Shown: positions 46,755 to 56,191 of the stretch, piece by piece | Layout: every line of letters starts with the position of its first letter | How positions within the stretch are numbered: position 1 is the first letter of the stretch | NCBI GenBank assembly: GCA_002401855.1 | Contig: NVUH01000008.1 | Coordinates: 21,126 to 85,125, forward strand | Reading direction: 5' to 3' | Length of the DNA stretch: 64,000 bases | Origin: Hyphomicrobiales bacterium | Lineage (GTDB): Bacteria > Pseudomonadota > Alphaproteobacteria > Rhizobiales > OSC116 | The notes under the pieces: generated by a model | Told to the model about the DNA's origin: nothing | What the model saw: only the letters and a program-made list of their open reading frames with translations | Database searches by the model: none | Program-made: the position numbers and the translations under genes

Positions 46755-47639
46755 ATGTCTAACTATCCTATAAATATGGATCTCATCCCCAGCGTCGAAG
46801 CGTTTTTTGACCCTGCCACCAATACCATCAGCTATGTGGTCATCGATCCTGCCACCAAAGCTTGCGCCGTTATCGATAGCGTGATGGATATGGATTATGC
46901 GGCAGGCAAAATTACCTATGATCATGCCGATAAAATGATTGAATTTATCGAGCGCAATCAGCTTAAACTCGAATGGTTGATCGAAACCCACGTGCATGCC
47001 GATCATCTTTCAGCCGCACCTTATATACAGCAAAAATTAGGTGGCAAAATCGGCATTGGCGCCAACATCACCATCGTGCAAGAAGTTTTCGGCAAAGTGT
47101 TTAACGAAGGTACCGAGTTCCAACGTGATGGCAGCCAATTCGACAAATTATTTGTCGAAGGCGACACATATATGATTGGCGATTTACCAGTTTTTGTCAT
47201 GCACACACCAGGCCATACACCCGCATGCATGGTGCATGTGGTGGGCAATGCTGCATTTGCTGGTGATACATTATTCATGCCCGACGGCGGCTCAGCGCGT
47301 GCCGATTTCCCCGGCGGTGATGCGGCCGAGCTTTATAACAGCATTCAAAAAGTGTTGAGCTTACCCGATGATATGCGCTTATTCATGTGCCATGATTATG
47401 GTCCCAATGGCCGCGACATCGAATGGGAAACCACAGTAAAAGCTGAAAAAGCCCATAATATTCATGTCGGCGCGGGCAAAACCAAGCAAGAATTTGTCGA
47501 TTTTCGCACCAAACGCGATGCCGAACTGGCTGTGCCTAAACTAATCATCCCTTCCTTGCAAGTCAATATGCGCGCGGGCGATGTGCCGTGTGATGAAGAT
47601 GGCAACCCGATGCTTAAAGTGCCGATTAATAAATTATAA
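46755..47639 (+). CDS. MBL-fold persulfide dioxygenase (ETHE1/Blh type)
   Basis: 294 aa with the metallo-beta-lactamase motif THVHADHLS. The length and context match type II persulfide dioxygenases. Confidence 0.75.
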   Translation: MSNYPINMDLIPSVEAFFDPATNTISYVVIDPATKACAVIDSVMDMDYAAGKITYDHADKMIEFIERNQLKLEWLIETHVHADHLSAAPYIQQKLGGKIGIGANITIVQEVFGKVFNEGTEFQRDGSQFDKLFVEGDTYMIGDLPVFVMHTPGHTPACMVHVVGNAAFAGDTLFMPDGGSARADFPGGDAAELYNSIQKVLSLPDDMRLFMCHDYGPNGRDIEWETTVKAEKAHNIHVGAGKTKQEFVDFRTKRDAELAVPKLIIPSLQVNMRAGDVPCDEDGNPMLKVPINKL

Positions 47640-47653
47640 TGAGGAGCCAAATC

Positions 47654-48079
47654 ATGGACATTAAACGCCTGTCAAAGACATTATCAGTCTGCGCGCAAAT
47701 TTCACCTGATGACTTAAAGGCCGTCAAAGCTCTGGGCTTTGGCGCGATTATTTGCAACCGCCCTAATGATGAGACTACAGATCAACCAAGCTTTGAGAGA
47801 ATTGCAAAAGCCGCCGAGGCGGCTGGGTTGACAAGCAGTTACATTCCAGTTGTTGGCGGGCAGATTAGCGATGAAGATGTGGCATTGTTTGAAGCGGCAA
47901 CCGATCATCTTGCTCAGCCCATTTTGGCCTATTGCCGCACTGGCACGCGCTGCACCATATTATGGTCACTCAGCCAAGCAGGGCAACAATCTGCTGATGA
48001 CATTTTGGCCAGCGCAAAAGCCGCTGGATACGACATGTCAACACAACTTGAACGCATGAATAATAAAATCAAAAACTAA
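47654..48079 (+). CDS. DUF442 / TIGR01244-family protein (PTP-like Cys-loop domain found at the N-terminus of Blh)
   Basis: MDIKRLSKTLSVCAQISPDDL... with the loop AYCRTGTRC. The ATG at 47654 is preceded by GAGGAG. Confidence 0.7.
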   Translation: MDIKRLSKTLSVCAQISPDDLKAVKALGFGAIICNRPNDETTDQPSFERIAKAAEAAGLTSSYIPVVGGQISDEDVALFEAATDHLAQPILAYCRTGTRCTILWSLSQAGQQSADDILASAKAAGYDMSTQLERMNNKIKN

Positions 48080-48100
48080 AACCTGTTGGCAGGAATGACT

Positions 48101-49849
48101 ATGAAATTAAGCAAACTAAAATCATATTTCCCGATTTTCGATTGGGGGCAAAGCTATAATAAACACGCCTTTTCCAACGATATGATTGCTGCGGTGATTG
48201 TGACCATCATGCTCATCCCGCAATCTTTGGCCTATGCATTATTGGCTGGCTTACCTGCCGAAATGGGGCTTTATGCCTCCATCGCGCCGATCATTCTTTA
48301 CGCCATTTTCGGCACCAGCCGTGCTTTGGCAGTTGGCCCCGTGGCCGTTGTGTCGTTAATGACAGCAGCGGCGATTGGTAATATTGCCGAAGTTGGCACA
48401 ATGGGCTATGCTGTGGCCGCCATCACTTTGGCAGGGCTTTCAGGTGTTATTTTGCTACTTATGGGGGTGTTTAAACTCGGTTTCTTGGCCAATTTCCTGT
48501 CGCATCCGGTCATTGCAGGTTTCATCACCGCATCTGGTGTGCTGATCGCCGCCAGCCAACTCAAACATATTTTAGGCATCGATGCGCATGGCCATACATT
48601 GCTAGAATTATTAAGCTCACTCTTTACACATTTACCTGAGACAAATTACAAGACGTTGATCTTGGGTGTTTCAGCAACCTTATTCTTGTTCTGGGTGCGC
48701 AAGGGCTTAAAACCCGCTTTACTAAAACTTGGCCTCAGCGCCCGCATCGCCAATATTCTCACTAAAATCGGCCCTGTCGCCGCCATTGTCACCACCACAC
48801 TCATCGTTTGGGGTTATGATTTTGCCGCACAAGGCGTACGCATTGTTGGCGATGTGCCACAAGCCCTCCCGCCGCTAACTTTACCATCTTTTTCACCCGA
48901 TCTGTTAAGCACTTTGCTCATTCCCGCCCTGCTCATATCTGTCATTGGGTTTGTCGAATCCATCTCAGTCGCGCAAACTTTGGCGGCCAAAAAACGCCAA
49001 CGCATCGAGCCTAATCAAGAGCTTATCGGCCTTGGTGCTGCCAATATTGGCGCGTCTCTTACAGGCGGCTTTCCCGTCACAGGTGGTTTTTCGCGCTCGG
49101 TGGTTAATTTTGATGCAGGTGCAGAAACCCCCGCGGCGGGTGCTTTCACCGCCATTGGCTTGGCCATAGCCGCTGTCTCCCTCACCCCATTAATTTACTT
49201 TCTGCCCAAAGCCACCTTAGCTGCCACCATCATTGTTGCGGTTTTGTCATTGGTCGATTTTAGCATTCTCAAAAAAACATGGGTCTATTCAAAAACCGAT
49301 TTTGTGGCAGTTGCTACCACCATTTTACTGACGCTTATATTTGGCGTAGAAATTGGCGTTTCAACAGGCGTTATCCTATCCATCGCCCTATTCCTCTACA
49401 AAACCTCGCGCCCCCACATTGCCGAGGTTGGCCTCGTGCCCGACAGTCAACATTTCCGCAATATCAACCGCCATAAAGTCATCACCGATCCACAATTACT
49501 CACCATCCGCATTGATGAAAGCCTATATTTCGCCAACGCACGGTTTTTAGAAGATTATATTTATGATCGGGTGGTCGGCGATTGCCACATTAAGCATCTG
49601 GTTTTAATGTGTTCCGCGGTCAATGAAATAGACATGAGCGCGCTCGAATCGCTCGAGGCCATCAATACAAGGCTTGATGACTTGGGCATAAAATTACACC
49701 TGTCCGAGGTCAAAGGCCCCGTCACAGATAAATTAAAGCGCACACATTTTTGGCAAAAATTAACAGGCGAAATATTCCTATCACAATATGACGCCTATAA
49801 AAAACTAGCCCCTGATGAGGCTATCAAGAATTTCAACCACTTTATTTGA
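48101..49849 (+). CDS. SulP-family anion transporter with C-terminal STAS domain
   Basis: About 580 aa with a SulP membrane domain and a STAS tail ([15 protein letters not shown]...). The start is ambiguous (TTG 48086, ATG 48095 or ATG 48101). Confidence 0.85.
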   Translation: MKLSKLKSYFPIFDWGQSYNKHAFSNDMIAAVIVTIMLIPQSLAYALLAGLPAEMGLYASIAPIILYAIFGTSRALAVGPVAVVSLMTAAAIGNIAEVGTMGYAVAAITLAGLSGVILLLMGVFKLGFLANFLSHPVIAGFITASGVLIAASQLKHILGIDAHGHTLLELLSSLFTHLPETNYKTLILGVSATLFLFWVRKGLKPALLKLGLSARIANILTKIGPVAAIVTTTLIVWGYDFAAQGVRIVGDVPQALPPLTLPSFSPDLLSTLLIPALLISVIGFVESISVAQTLAAKKRQRIEPNQELIGLGAANIGASLTGGFPVTGGFSRSVVNFDAGAETPAAGAFTAIGLAIAAVSLTPLIYFLPKATLAATIIVAVLSLVDFSILKKTWVYSKTDFVAVATTILLTLIFGVEIGVSTGVILSIALFLYKTSRPHIAEVGLVPDSQHFRNINRHKVITDPQLLTIRIDESLYFANARFLEDYIYDRVVGDCHIKHLVLMCSAVNEIDMSALESLEAINTRLDDLGIKLHLSEVKGPVTDKLKRTHFWQKLTGEIFLSQYDAYKKLAPDEAIKNFNHFI

Positions 49850-51187
49850 AGCTTGTTGCATATTGGCAAAAGCTTCATGCGAGGCAGCGTTGTTGCCTTT
49901 GGCAAATTCGGCAGCCGCCAGTTTGCCAAAATCATGCACTTGTTTGTGCGGCGCTTCGAGTTGTTTAAATGCTGGGTGATTGGCAATGCGGTCATCTGAT
50001 ATCGCATCACACCATTTGCCAAGGCGACAAGAATGATGATCCGCCAATTCGTTATGTTTTAAATTATTCAAACCAACCAACATTTCAGCGAGATTCTTTT
50101 TCCATAAATAATGGTCAGATTTGGCGCGGTTTAAAACATAATTTTCAATGTTACGGCCATCAAGTGCGCTAAATAATTGCTCAATAATTTGCTCTGAACC
50201 TTTAACCGCGGTGATCACTTCATCCGCCATTTTAGAGGCTTTCACGCTGCTATCGGCGATTTTATTCACCCCAACTGCCAATTCGCGAGTGGCTTCGGTC
50301 TGCTCGCTCAACACATTGGCAATGTCGGTCATGCCGCCTGCCGTTTCGCTAACAATGGCAGCAATTTCTTGAATGTTATTTTCAGTTTCTTCGGTTAATT
50401 GTTGAGTGTTGACAACCGAACCATTGGCCGCCTCAAATGATTGCAACAACTGCTGCACGTCATTATGTAGAGAGGTAATCTGTTGGTTGATATCCTCAGT
50501 GGCTTTTTGAGTGGCGGTAGACAAGCTTTTCACCTCGGCTGCAACAACCGCAAATCCTTTGCCCGCATCACCAGCGCGCGCGGCTTCAATGGTGGCGTTT
50601 AGCGCCAAAAGGTTGGTTTGTTGGGCAATCTCATCAATGGTGCTGACAAAACTCGAAATTTGATTCACCGCGCTCGATACCGCCTTGGTTTGCGCTTCCA
50701 TCGAGTTCATCGCGTCCGATGTGACTTGTGCCGATTCATTGGTTTTTTGCACATTGGCAAGGCCTGTTGTCATCATGCTATCGGCATTTTGCATTTTATC
50801 CGATGACGATTTTGCCGTGTCCGAGATTTGCCCAATCGAGGCATCAAGCTCCTCAATAGCGGAGGCCATTGAGTTAGAGTTAGATTCAATTTCTCGTATA
50901 TCACCCGTGATTAATGACACCGCTGCCATAGAATTGCTGGCGCCAACAGAAAGTGCCACTGCCCGCGTCAAAGCTTCTTCATTGCGCAGTTTAATGGCCA
51001 CGGCCAAATGCTCAATTGGCTGTGCTATGTCACGGGGCAAATTATCTAATGCAAGCACTTCGCCTTTTTCAATGGCGTCCAATGCCAGTTTTAATTGAAT
51101 TGCAATATGGGCGCTATCAATTTCCTGTTCAACCGCCAACTCAACAACATTCTCTGAATATTCTACTTTTTTACCAAAACCTAACAT
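49805..51187 (-). CDS. Soluble methyl-accepting chemotaxis protein with C-terminal CZB (chemoreceptor zinc-binding) domain
   Basis: No TM segment. The MCP signalling hairpin is present ([32 protein letters not shown]). The C-terminus carries the CZB motif [10 protein letters not shown]. Confidence 0.85.
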   Translation of the reverse strand: MLGFGKKVEYSENVVELAVEQEIDSAHIAIQLKLALDAIEKGEVLALDNLPRDIAQPIEHLAVAIKLRNEEALTRAVALSVGASNSMAAVSLITGDIREIESNSNSMASAIEELDASIGQISDTAKSSSDKMQNADSMMTTGLANVQKTNESAQVTSDAMNSMEAQTKAVSSAVNQISSFVSTIDEIAQQTNLLALNATIEAARAGDAGKGFAVVAAEVKSLSTATQKATEDINQQITSLHNDVQQLLQSFEAANGSVVNTQQLTEETENNIQEIAAIVSETAGGMTDIANVLSEQTEATRELAVGVNKIADSSVKASKMADEVITAVKGSEQIIEQLFSALDGRNIENYVLNRAKSDHYLWKKNLAEMLVGLNNLKHNELADHHSCRLGKWCDAISDDRIANHPAFKQLEAPHKQVHDFGKLAAAEFAKGNNAASHEAFANMQQASNKVVEILDSLIRG

Positions 51188-51279
51188 TTGACCCCTAGTC
51201 TATAACACCTATTAATTGTCAAACAATATAGGCTTTACTTAGTTAATTTTTGGCAAATTTTGTGTTCATTTTCACAAAG

Positions 51280-52656
51280 TTATTGAATATTATGTATGGC
51301 GCAATTATGGCGCTGGCACACTGGGCATGTGGCGCCAATGCGCACCAATTGACCAGCGTCCTTCAAATCAACACTATCCGAATAAACCATTGATTTTGCG
51401 TGTATATATTTACACCCAAGGCCGATGGAGAAATGCCGCAACGGCTTGCCAAAACGCCTAACACCTTTGGTGATGGTGCGGGCAATACAAAAATAAACCT
51501 GCCCATCTGGGGTTTCTGACAATTGCACATTAATCCGCCCGGGCTGCATAAAGGCGGCATAGATATTCCAACGCGGGCAAGCTGTGCCATAACGCGGTAT
51601 TTTAATGCCCGAAAGTGAGAAGCGTTTAGATATATGCCCGGCAATGTCAGTGCGCACAAAATGAAAGGGGATGGCTTTGGCACCAGGTTTTTGCATACTG
51701 GTCAAACGGTGGCAAGCCTGCTCGAAACTGACATTAAAATAATGGCACAGCAAGTCAATGTCATAACGGGTTTGTTTGGCTTTTTTTAAAAAACCATCAT
51801 AAGGCATCATAATACAGGCCGCAAAATAGCGGCTCAAAACCTGCTCCAAATAATTATTAATGCGCTCATCTTCAAAATTTGCACCTTCAATAATGTCATC
51901 AATTTCATTTTTAGCGGCATAAAGGCCAATATGCTCCGCAAGGCAGAAAATTTGGCTTTGTTCAGGCGAAAAATTTGAAATGTTTAAAACACCAGTTTCC
52001 ACATTAAATTGCGCACTCTCATCATCAGGTAATTCTGCAATTATAGTGCGAATGGCAAAACTATTAACGGCAAATGCCTTCAGACCATGAAACAGACCTT
52101 CGCCCATTAAATCAACATCCAGCCTCACGCGCTCAGCAGCCTGCTCAAGGACGGCAAAATAATTACTCTGGCTTTGAATGAAATCAGACACCAATTCAGC
52201 CATATATTCAGGTGAAGCTTCAGTATCAAATTGCGCAGCCTCTCCGTCAACACCGGTTATGAATTGATTGATTAGTTTTTGATTTTGCTTTTGACGCATA
52301 TTATATTTGTCAAACAAGCGGATCATGGCTTTGCCAATTTCGGGGTTTTCAGCGGTTAAGTCGGTAATGTCTTGGTTGGTGATGGCAAAATCTGCAAATA
52401 TGTCATCAGCCAATAATTCAGATAAATCATTGGTCAATTGCACGTCGGTATTTTGGCTCAACTCATTGACATTTATATCGAATATATCTGCCAATTTTAG
52501 CAAAAGATTGGCAGTTAAACCGCGCCTATTGCGCTCAATCAGGTTTAAATAACTGGCACTAATGCCCAATTCTAAGGCCAGATTTTTTTGGTTTATATTT
52601 CTATCACGGCGTAATTTTTTCAATTTACTGCCAATGTAAAGCGCTTGCTGAGACAT
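51280..52656 (-). CDS. XRE-family HTH regulator with DUF2083 / ImmA-like domain (ScfR/RamB/PrpR type)
   Basis: N-terminal HTH (LRRDRNINQKNLALELGISASYLNLIERNRR) plus a large C-terminal domain ending in a Cys-rich tail. Divergent from aceA. Confidence 0.8.
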   Translation of the reverse strand: MSQQALYIGSKLKKLRRDRNINQKNLALELGISASYLNLIERNRRGLTANLLLKLADIFDINVNELSQNTDVQLTNDLSELLADDIFADFAITNQDITDLTAENPEIGKAMIRLFDKYNMRQKQNQKLINQFITGVDGEAAQFDTEASPEYMAELVSDFIQSQSNYFAVLEQAAERVRLDVDLMGEGLFHGLKAFAVNSFAIRTIIAELPDDESAQFNVETGVLNISNFSPEQSQIFCLAEHIGLYAAKNEIDDIIEGANFEDERINNYLEQVLSRYFAACIMMPYDGFLKKAKQTRYDIDLLCHYFNVSFEQACHRLTSMQKPGAKAIPFHFVRTDIAGHISKRFSLSGIKIPRYGTACPRWNIYAAFMQPGRINVQLSETPDGQVYFCIARTITKGVRRFGKPLRHFSIGLGCKYIHAKSMVYSDSVDLKDAGQLVRIGATCPVCQRHNCAIHNIQ

Positions 52657-52802
52657 AGTTGTTTTCTGTCTAAAATTTACAATATTGCCGATATTGACTG
52701 TAAATAATTTACACCAATACCCTAATTTTCTTCAAATATATTGCATTACCCTACAAAATGTCAATAATTTACTTATCTCATCGATAATCGAAAGGAAAAG
52801 CT

Positions 52803-53054
52803 ATGAGCCAGTCAACAATCAACAATAAAGCACAAGATGCTACGAACGAAGAATGTTTAACCATCATTTCACCATTGGCCAACGCCACTATATTTGAATT
52901 TCACCGCCAACGTCTGGCCAAACAGGGCTATTTATTGGCCTCCAAAGTTCAATTGCACCGTTTTGAACTTGTCGATGAAGAAGCGGTTAAAACCCAATTA
53001 TTCGACGGCCAAAGCTATTATTCTGCCACCTATATCAAATCTAAAAATTCATAA
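52803..53054 (+). CDS. Hypothetical small protein upstream of aceA
   Basis: 83 aa. AAAGGAAAAG lies upstream of the ATG. The gene ends 11 nt before aceA. I recognise no family. Confidence 0.45.
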   Translation: MSQSTINNKAQDATNEECLTIISPLANATIFEFHRQRLAKQGYLLASKVQLHRFELVDEEAVKTQLFDGQSYYSATYIKSKNS

Positions 53055-53065
53055 AGGCTAAAAAA

Positions 53066-54664
53066 ATGTCACAATATCAAGAAAACATCCGCGCCGTAGA
53101 GGCGCTAAAAGCCGAGCATGGCACATCATGGGGCGGCATCGAAGCCGAATCCACAGCCCGTATGCGCGCACAAAATCGCTTTAAAGACGGCATCGCCATT
53201 GCAAAATATACCGCCGACATTATGCGTGCAGATATGGATAATTACGATAAAGACAGTTCGCAATATACCCAGTCATTAGGCTGCTGGCATGGTTTTATCG
53301 GCCAACAAAAAATGATTTCAATTAAGAAACATTTCGAAAACAGTACGGATCGCCGCTATCTCTACCTATCTGGCTGGATGGTCGCCGCCTTGCGCAGTGA
53401 ATTTGGCCCGTTGCCCGATCAATCGATGCACGAAAAAACCAGCGTGGCTTCATTAATCGCCGAGCTTTATACATTTTTACGCCAAGCCGATGCCCGCGAA
53501 CTAGGCGGTTATTTCCGCGAATTAGATGCGGCGCGCGAAGCAGGTAACGAAGTTGCAGCCCAAGGCGCACAACAAAAAATTGACAATCATGTCACTCATG
53601 TGGTGCCGATTATTGCCGATATTGATGCAGGTTTCGGCAATGCTGAAGCCACCTATCTGATGGCCAAACAAATGATCGAAGCGGGCGCTTGCTGCATTCA
53701 AATCGAAAACCAAGTGTCAGACGAAAAACAATGTGGCCATCAAGATGGCAAAGTAACCGTACCACATGAGGACTTTCTGGCCAAAATTCGCGCCGTCAGA
53801 TATGCGTTTTTAGAGCTGGGCATTGATAATGGCATCATTGTCGCCCGCACCGATAGCTTAGGCGCGGGCCTGACCAAACAAATCGCTGTGACCCAAAAAC
53901 CAGGCGATTTAGGCGATCAATATAATGCGTTTTTAGATTGCGATGAGATCAGCACAGACGAAATGCAAAATGGCGATGTGCTGATCAAACGCGGCGGCAA
54001 ATTGCTACGCCCCAAACGCCTCGCGAGCAATCTATTCCAATTCAAAGCCGGCACGGGTGAAGCGCGTTGTGTGCTTGACAGCATCACCTCATTGCAAAAT
54101 GGCGCAGATTTAATCTGGATTGAAACCGAGAAACCGCATATCGCCCAAATTGGCGCCATGGTATCGGCGGTGCGCGAAGTCGTACCTAACGCCAAATTGG
54201 TTTATAATAACAGCCCGTCATTTAACTGGACGCTCAATTTCAGACAGCAAATATTCGATATAATGAGCGATGCTGGACAAGATGTTTCTGCCTATGTGCG
54301 TGCCGATTTAATGGATGTAAAATATGATAAAACCCAGCTTGGCATAGATGCCGATGAAAAAATCCGTACTTTCCAAGCCGACAGCTCACGCGAGGCGGGT
54401 ATTTTCCATCACCTGATCACGCTACCGACCTATCACACCGCGGCGTTATCGACTGACAATCTAGCCAAAGATTATTTTGGCGATCAAGGCATGTTGGGCT
54501 ATGTGGCCAATGTGCAACGCCAAGAAATTCGCCAAGGCATTGCCTGTGTTAAACATCAAAATATGTCAGGCTCAGACATGGGTGATGATCATAAAGAGTA
54601 TTTCTCTGGCGATGCGGCTCTAAAAGCTGCAGGCAAAGACAATACAATGAATCAATTTGGTTAA
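53066..54664 (+). CDS. aceA: Isocitrate lyase (long, ~530-aa form)
   Basis: 532 aa with the catalytic signature KQCGHQDGK (cf. KKCGH). The long N-terminal form is as seen in Pseudomonas-type AceA. Confidence 0.95.
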   Translation: MSQYQENIRAVEALKAEHGTSWGGIEAESTARMRAQNRFKDGIAIAKYTADIMRADMDNYDKDSSQYTQSLGCWHGFIGQQKMISIKKHFENSTDRRYLYLSGWMVAALRSEFGPLPDQSMHEKTSVASLIAELYTFLRQADARELGGYFRELDAAREAGNEVAAQGAQQKIDNHVTHVVPIIADIDAGFGNAEATYLMAKQMIEAGACCIQIENQVSDEKQCGHQDGKVTVPHEDFLAKIRAVRYAFLELGIDNGIIVARTDSLGAGLTKQIAVTQKPGDLGDQYNAFLDCDEISTDEMQNGDVLIKRGGKLLRPKRLASNLFQFKAGTGEARCVLDSITSLQNGADLIWIETEKPHIAQIGAMVSAVREVVPNAKLVYNNSPSFNWTLNFRQQIFDIMSDAGQDVSAYVRADLMDVKYDKTQLGIDADEKIRTFQADSSREAGIFHHLITLPTYHTAALSTDNLAKDYFGDQGMLGYVANVQRQEIRQGIACVKHQNMSGSDMGDDHKEYFSGDAALKAAGKDNTMNQFG

Positions 54665-54714
54665 GCCAAGTTGGTTAAGCCGAGTTGGTTAAGCCGAGTT
54701 GGTTAAGCCGAGTT
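54659..54714. repeat. Tandem repeat, 4 x 14 bp (GGTTAAGCC[A/G]AGTT)
   Basis: Read directly from the sequence. The first unit contains the aceA stop codon (TAA, 54662-54664), and units 2-4 are identical. Confidence 0.95.
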
Positions 54715-54773
54715 GATTCATTCTCCCCAGATCTGCGTCACCCACCAGTGTGGCGTAGATTTTTTTCCACCAA

Positions 54774-55541
54774 TCAATATGCCTCATGCGGCCATGCCGC
54801 TTGGCTAAACACCCCACCATCAATGCCGATGGTTTGACCAGATATAAATGATGCGGCCTCTGAGCATAAAAACAACACCGGCCCTGCGATGTCCTCAGGC
54901 GTGCCAACCCGCCGCAAGGGGGTTATTTTAGACCATATCTCATCATAATCAGGCGCTTCAATTAACGTGCGCTCGGTCAATATCGCACCAGGCGCTACAC
55001 AATTGACGTTAATCCCATATGGCCCCAACTCACCAGCCGAGACTTTGGTAAATTGCTCAATACCGCCCTTGGATGCGGTATAATCCACCAGTTTCGGAAA
55101 TGCCAACTTATTACAACCCGAACCCAAATTAACAATATAACCCGATTTCTCACTGGCAATCATCGCCTTAGCCGCATGCTTGGTGTGCAAAAAACAACCT
55201 TTCAAATTGGTTTTGAGCACATTATCCCAGTCAGCCTCGCTCAAATCCAATAATGATGACCAGGTTTGAATGCCCGCATTGTTAATCAAAACATCAGGTC
55301 CTGCACCAAACCAATCGCCCACTTTGGTGTAAAACTTCATCACTTCAGCCTCAACACTGACGTCACTTTCCAACGCCAAAGCCCGACCACCGCCAGCTTC
55401 AATATCTGCCACCACTTCACTAGCGGCCTCAGCATCAGCCACATGGTTAAATGCCACCGCATAGCCGTCACTCGCAAATGATTTAACCAAATGCCGCCCA
55501 ATGCCCGAACTTCCGCCAGTTACAATTGCTAATTTTTGCAT
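54774..55541 (-). CDS. Short-chain dehydrogenase/reductase (SDR)
   Basis: TGGSSGIG cofactor motif, NNAG, and the YTASK catalytic Y-x3-K. 255 aa. RBS GAGGG. Confidence 0.9.
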   Translation of the reverse strand: MQKLAIVTGGSSGIGRHLVKSFASDGYAVAFNHVADAEAASEVVADIEAGGGRALALESDVSVEAEVMKFYTKVGDWFGAGPDVLINNAGIQTWSSLLDLSEADWDNVLKTNLKGCFLHTKHAAKAMIASEKSGYIVNLGSGCNKLAFPKLVDYTASKGGIEQFTKVSAGELGPYGINVNCVAPGAILTERTLIEAPDYDEIWSKITPLRRVGTPEDIAGPVLFLCSEAASFISGQTIGIDGGVFSQAAWPHEAY

Positions 55542-56191
55542 AATCCCTCACCCTTTAAATATATTCGCACATTAGCAAATATCAGGCGGATCACAATGAA
55601 ACTATTTTGACAATAAAATTATTTAGACTCAGGGGGGTATGTGCAACAACCTTAGGGTCTTCACTTAAGCCACATATTTTATTCTCAAATTGGTTAAAAA
55701 CCACTTGAATTATATAATGTTTTATGGTCAGCAACCCGCAATAAATTTATATTCATTCTGATGATAATGCTGACTTTAATTCAAACCAACAATACCAATA
55801 TATTTTGTAAATCCCTATCATTCTCATTTGGCTAGAATGATTATAAGTAAACAATATTAAGCAATAGAATTTTTGCGAATTTAAATTAATTTGATATATG
55901 TCACGTAAATAAATAATCACCCGTTATTACAATACACTACCAAAATATCCTCACTAGATATTTACTTGGTTATTGTGATTGGGTTTTGATTACGGTGCTA
56001 TTAATAATGATTCTAATTATAAATTAGCTGGACGAAAGGCTCAAAATGGGCTTAACTAATATATTAGTGGGGCAAAACTTTAAATTGGTATGGTCTACTA
56101 AAGACGTAACATTAAACGGCATATTGATGGTTCAATTCCTTGGGAGGGAATCGAACATATTTCACAATATCCGCAACGGGAGGAATGAATT

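Noticed and set aside
49805-49849. The 45-nt convergent overlap of sulP and the MCP gene as a regulatory antisense device.
   Set aside because: 3'-end overlaps of convergent genes are common in compact genomes, and nothing in the sequence indicates function. It is mentioned only under the MCP finding.
51261-51276. CRP-like site TGTGT-TCATTT-TCACA upstream of the MCP gene.
   Set aside because: It deviates from TGTGA-N6-TCACA. The only Crp/Fnr protein in the window has FNR-type (TTGAT) specificity residues. A single unsupported site in AT-rich DNA is too weak to call.
54659-54714. The possibility that the 14-bp repeat block is a CRISPR array.
   Set aside because: The repeats are directly tandem with no spacers, the unit is far too short, and there are no cas genes in the window.
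56127-56160. tRNA-like T-loop strings (GGTTCAATTCC on the plus strand, GTTCGATTCC on the minus strand), which could mark a tRNA gene or an integration-site remnant.
   Set aside because: The flanking bases do not form a T-stem, acceptor stem or anticodon arm on either strand. Both strings are simply the two arms of one local hairpin. No integrase gene or direct repeat lies nearby.
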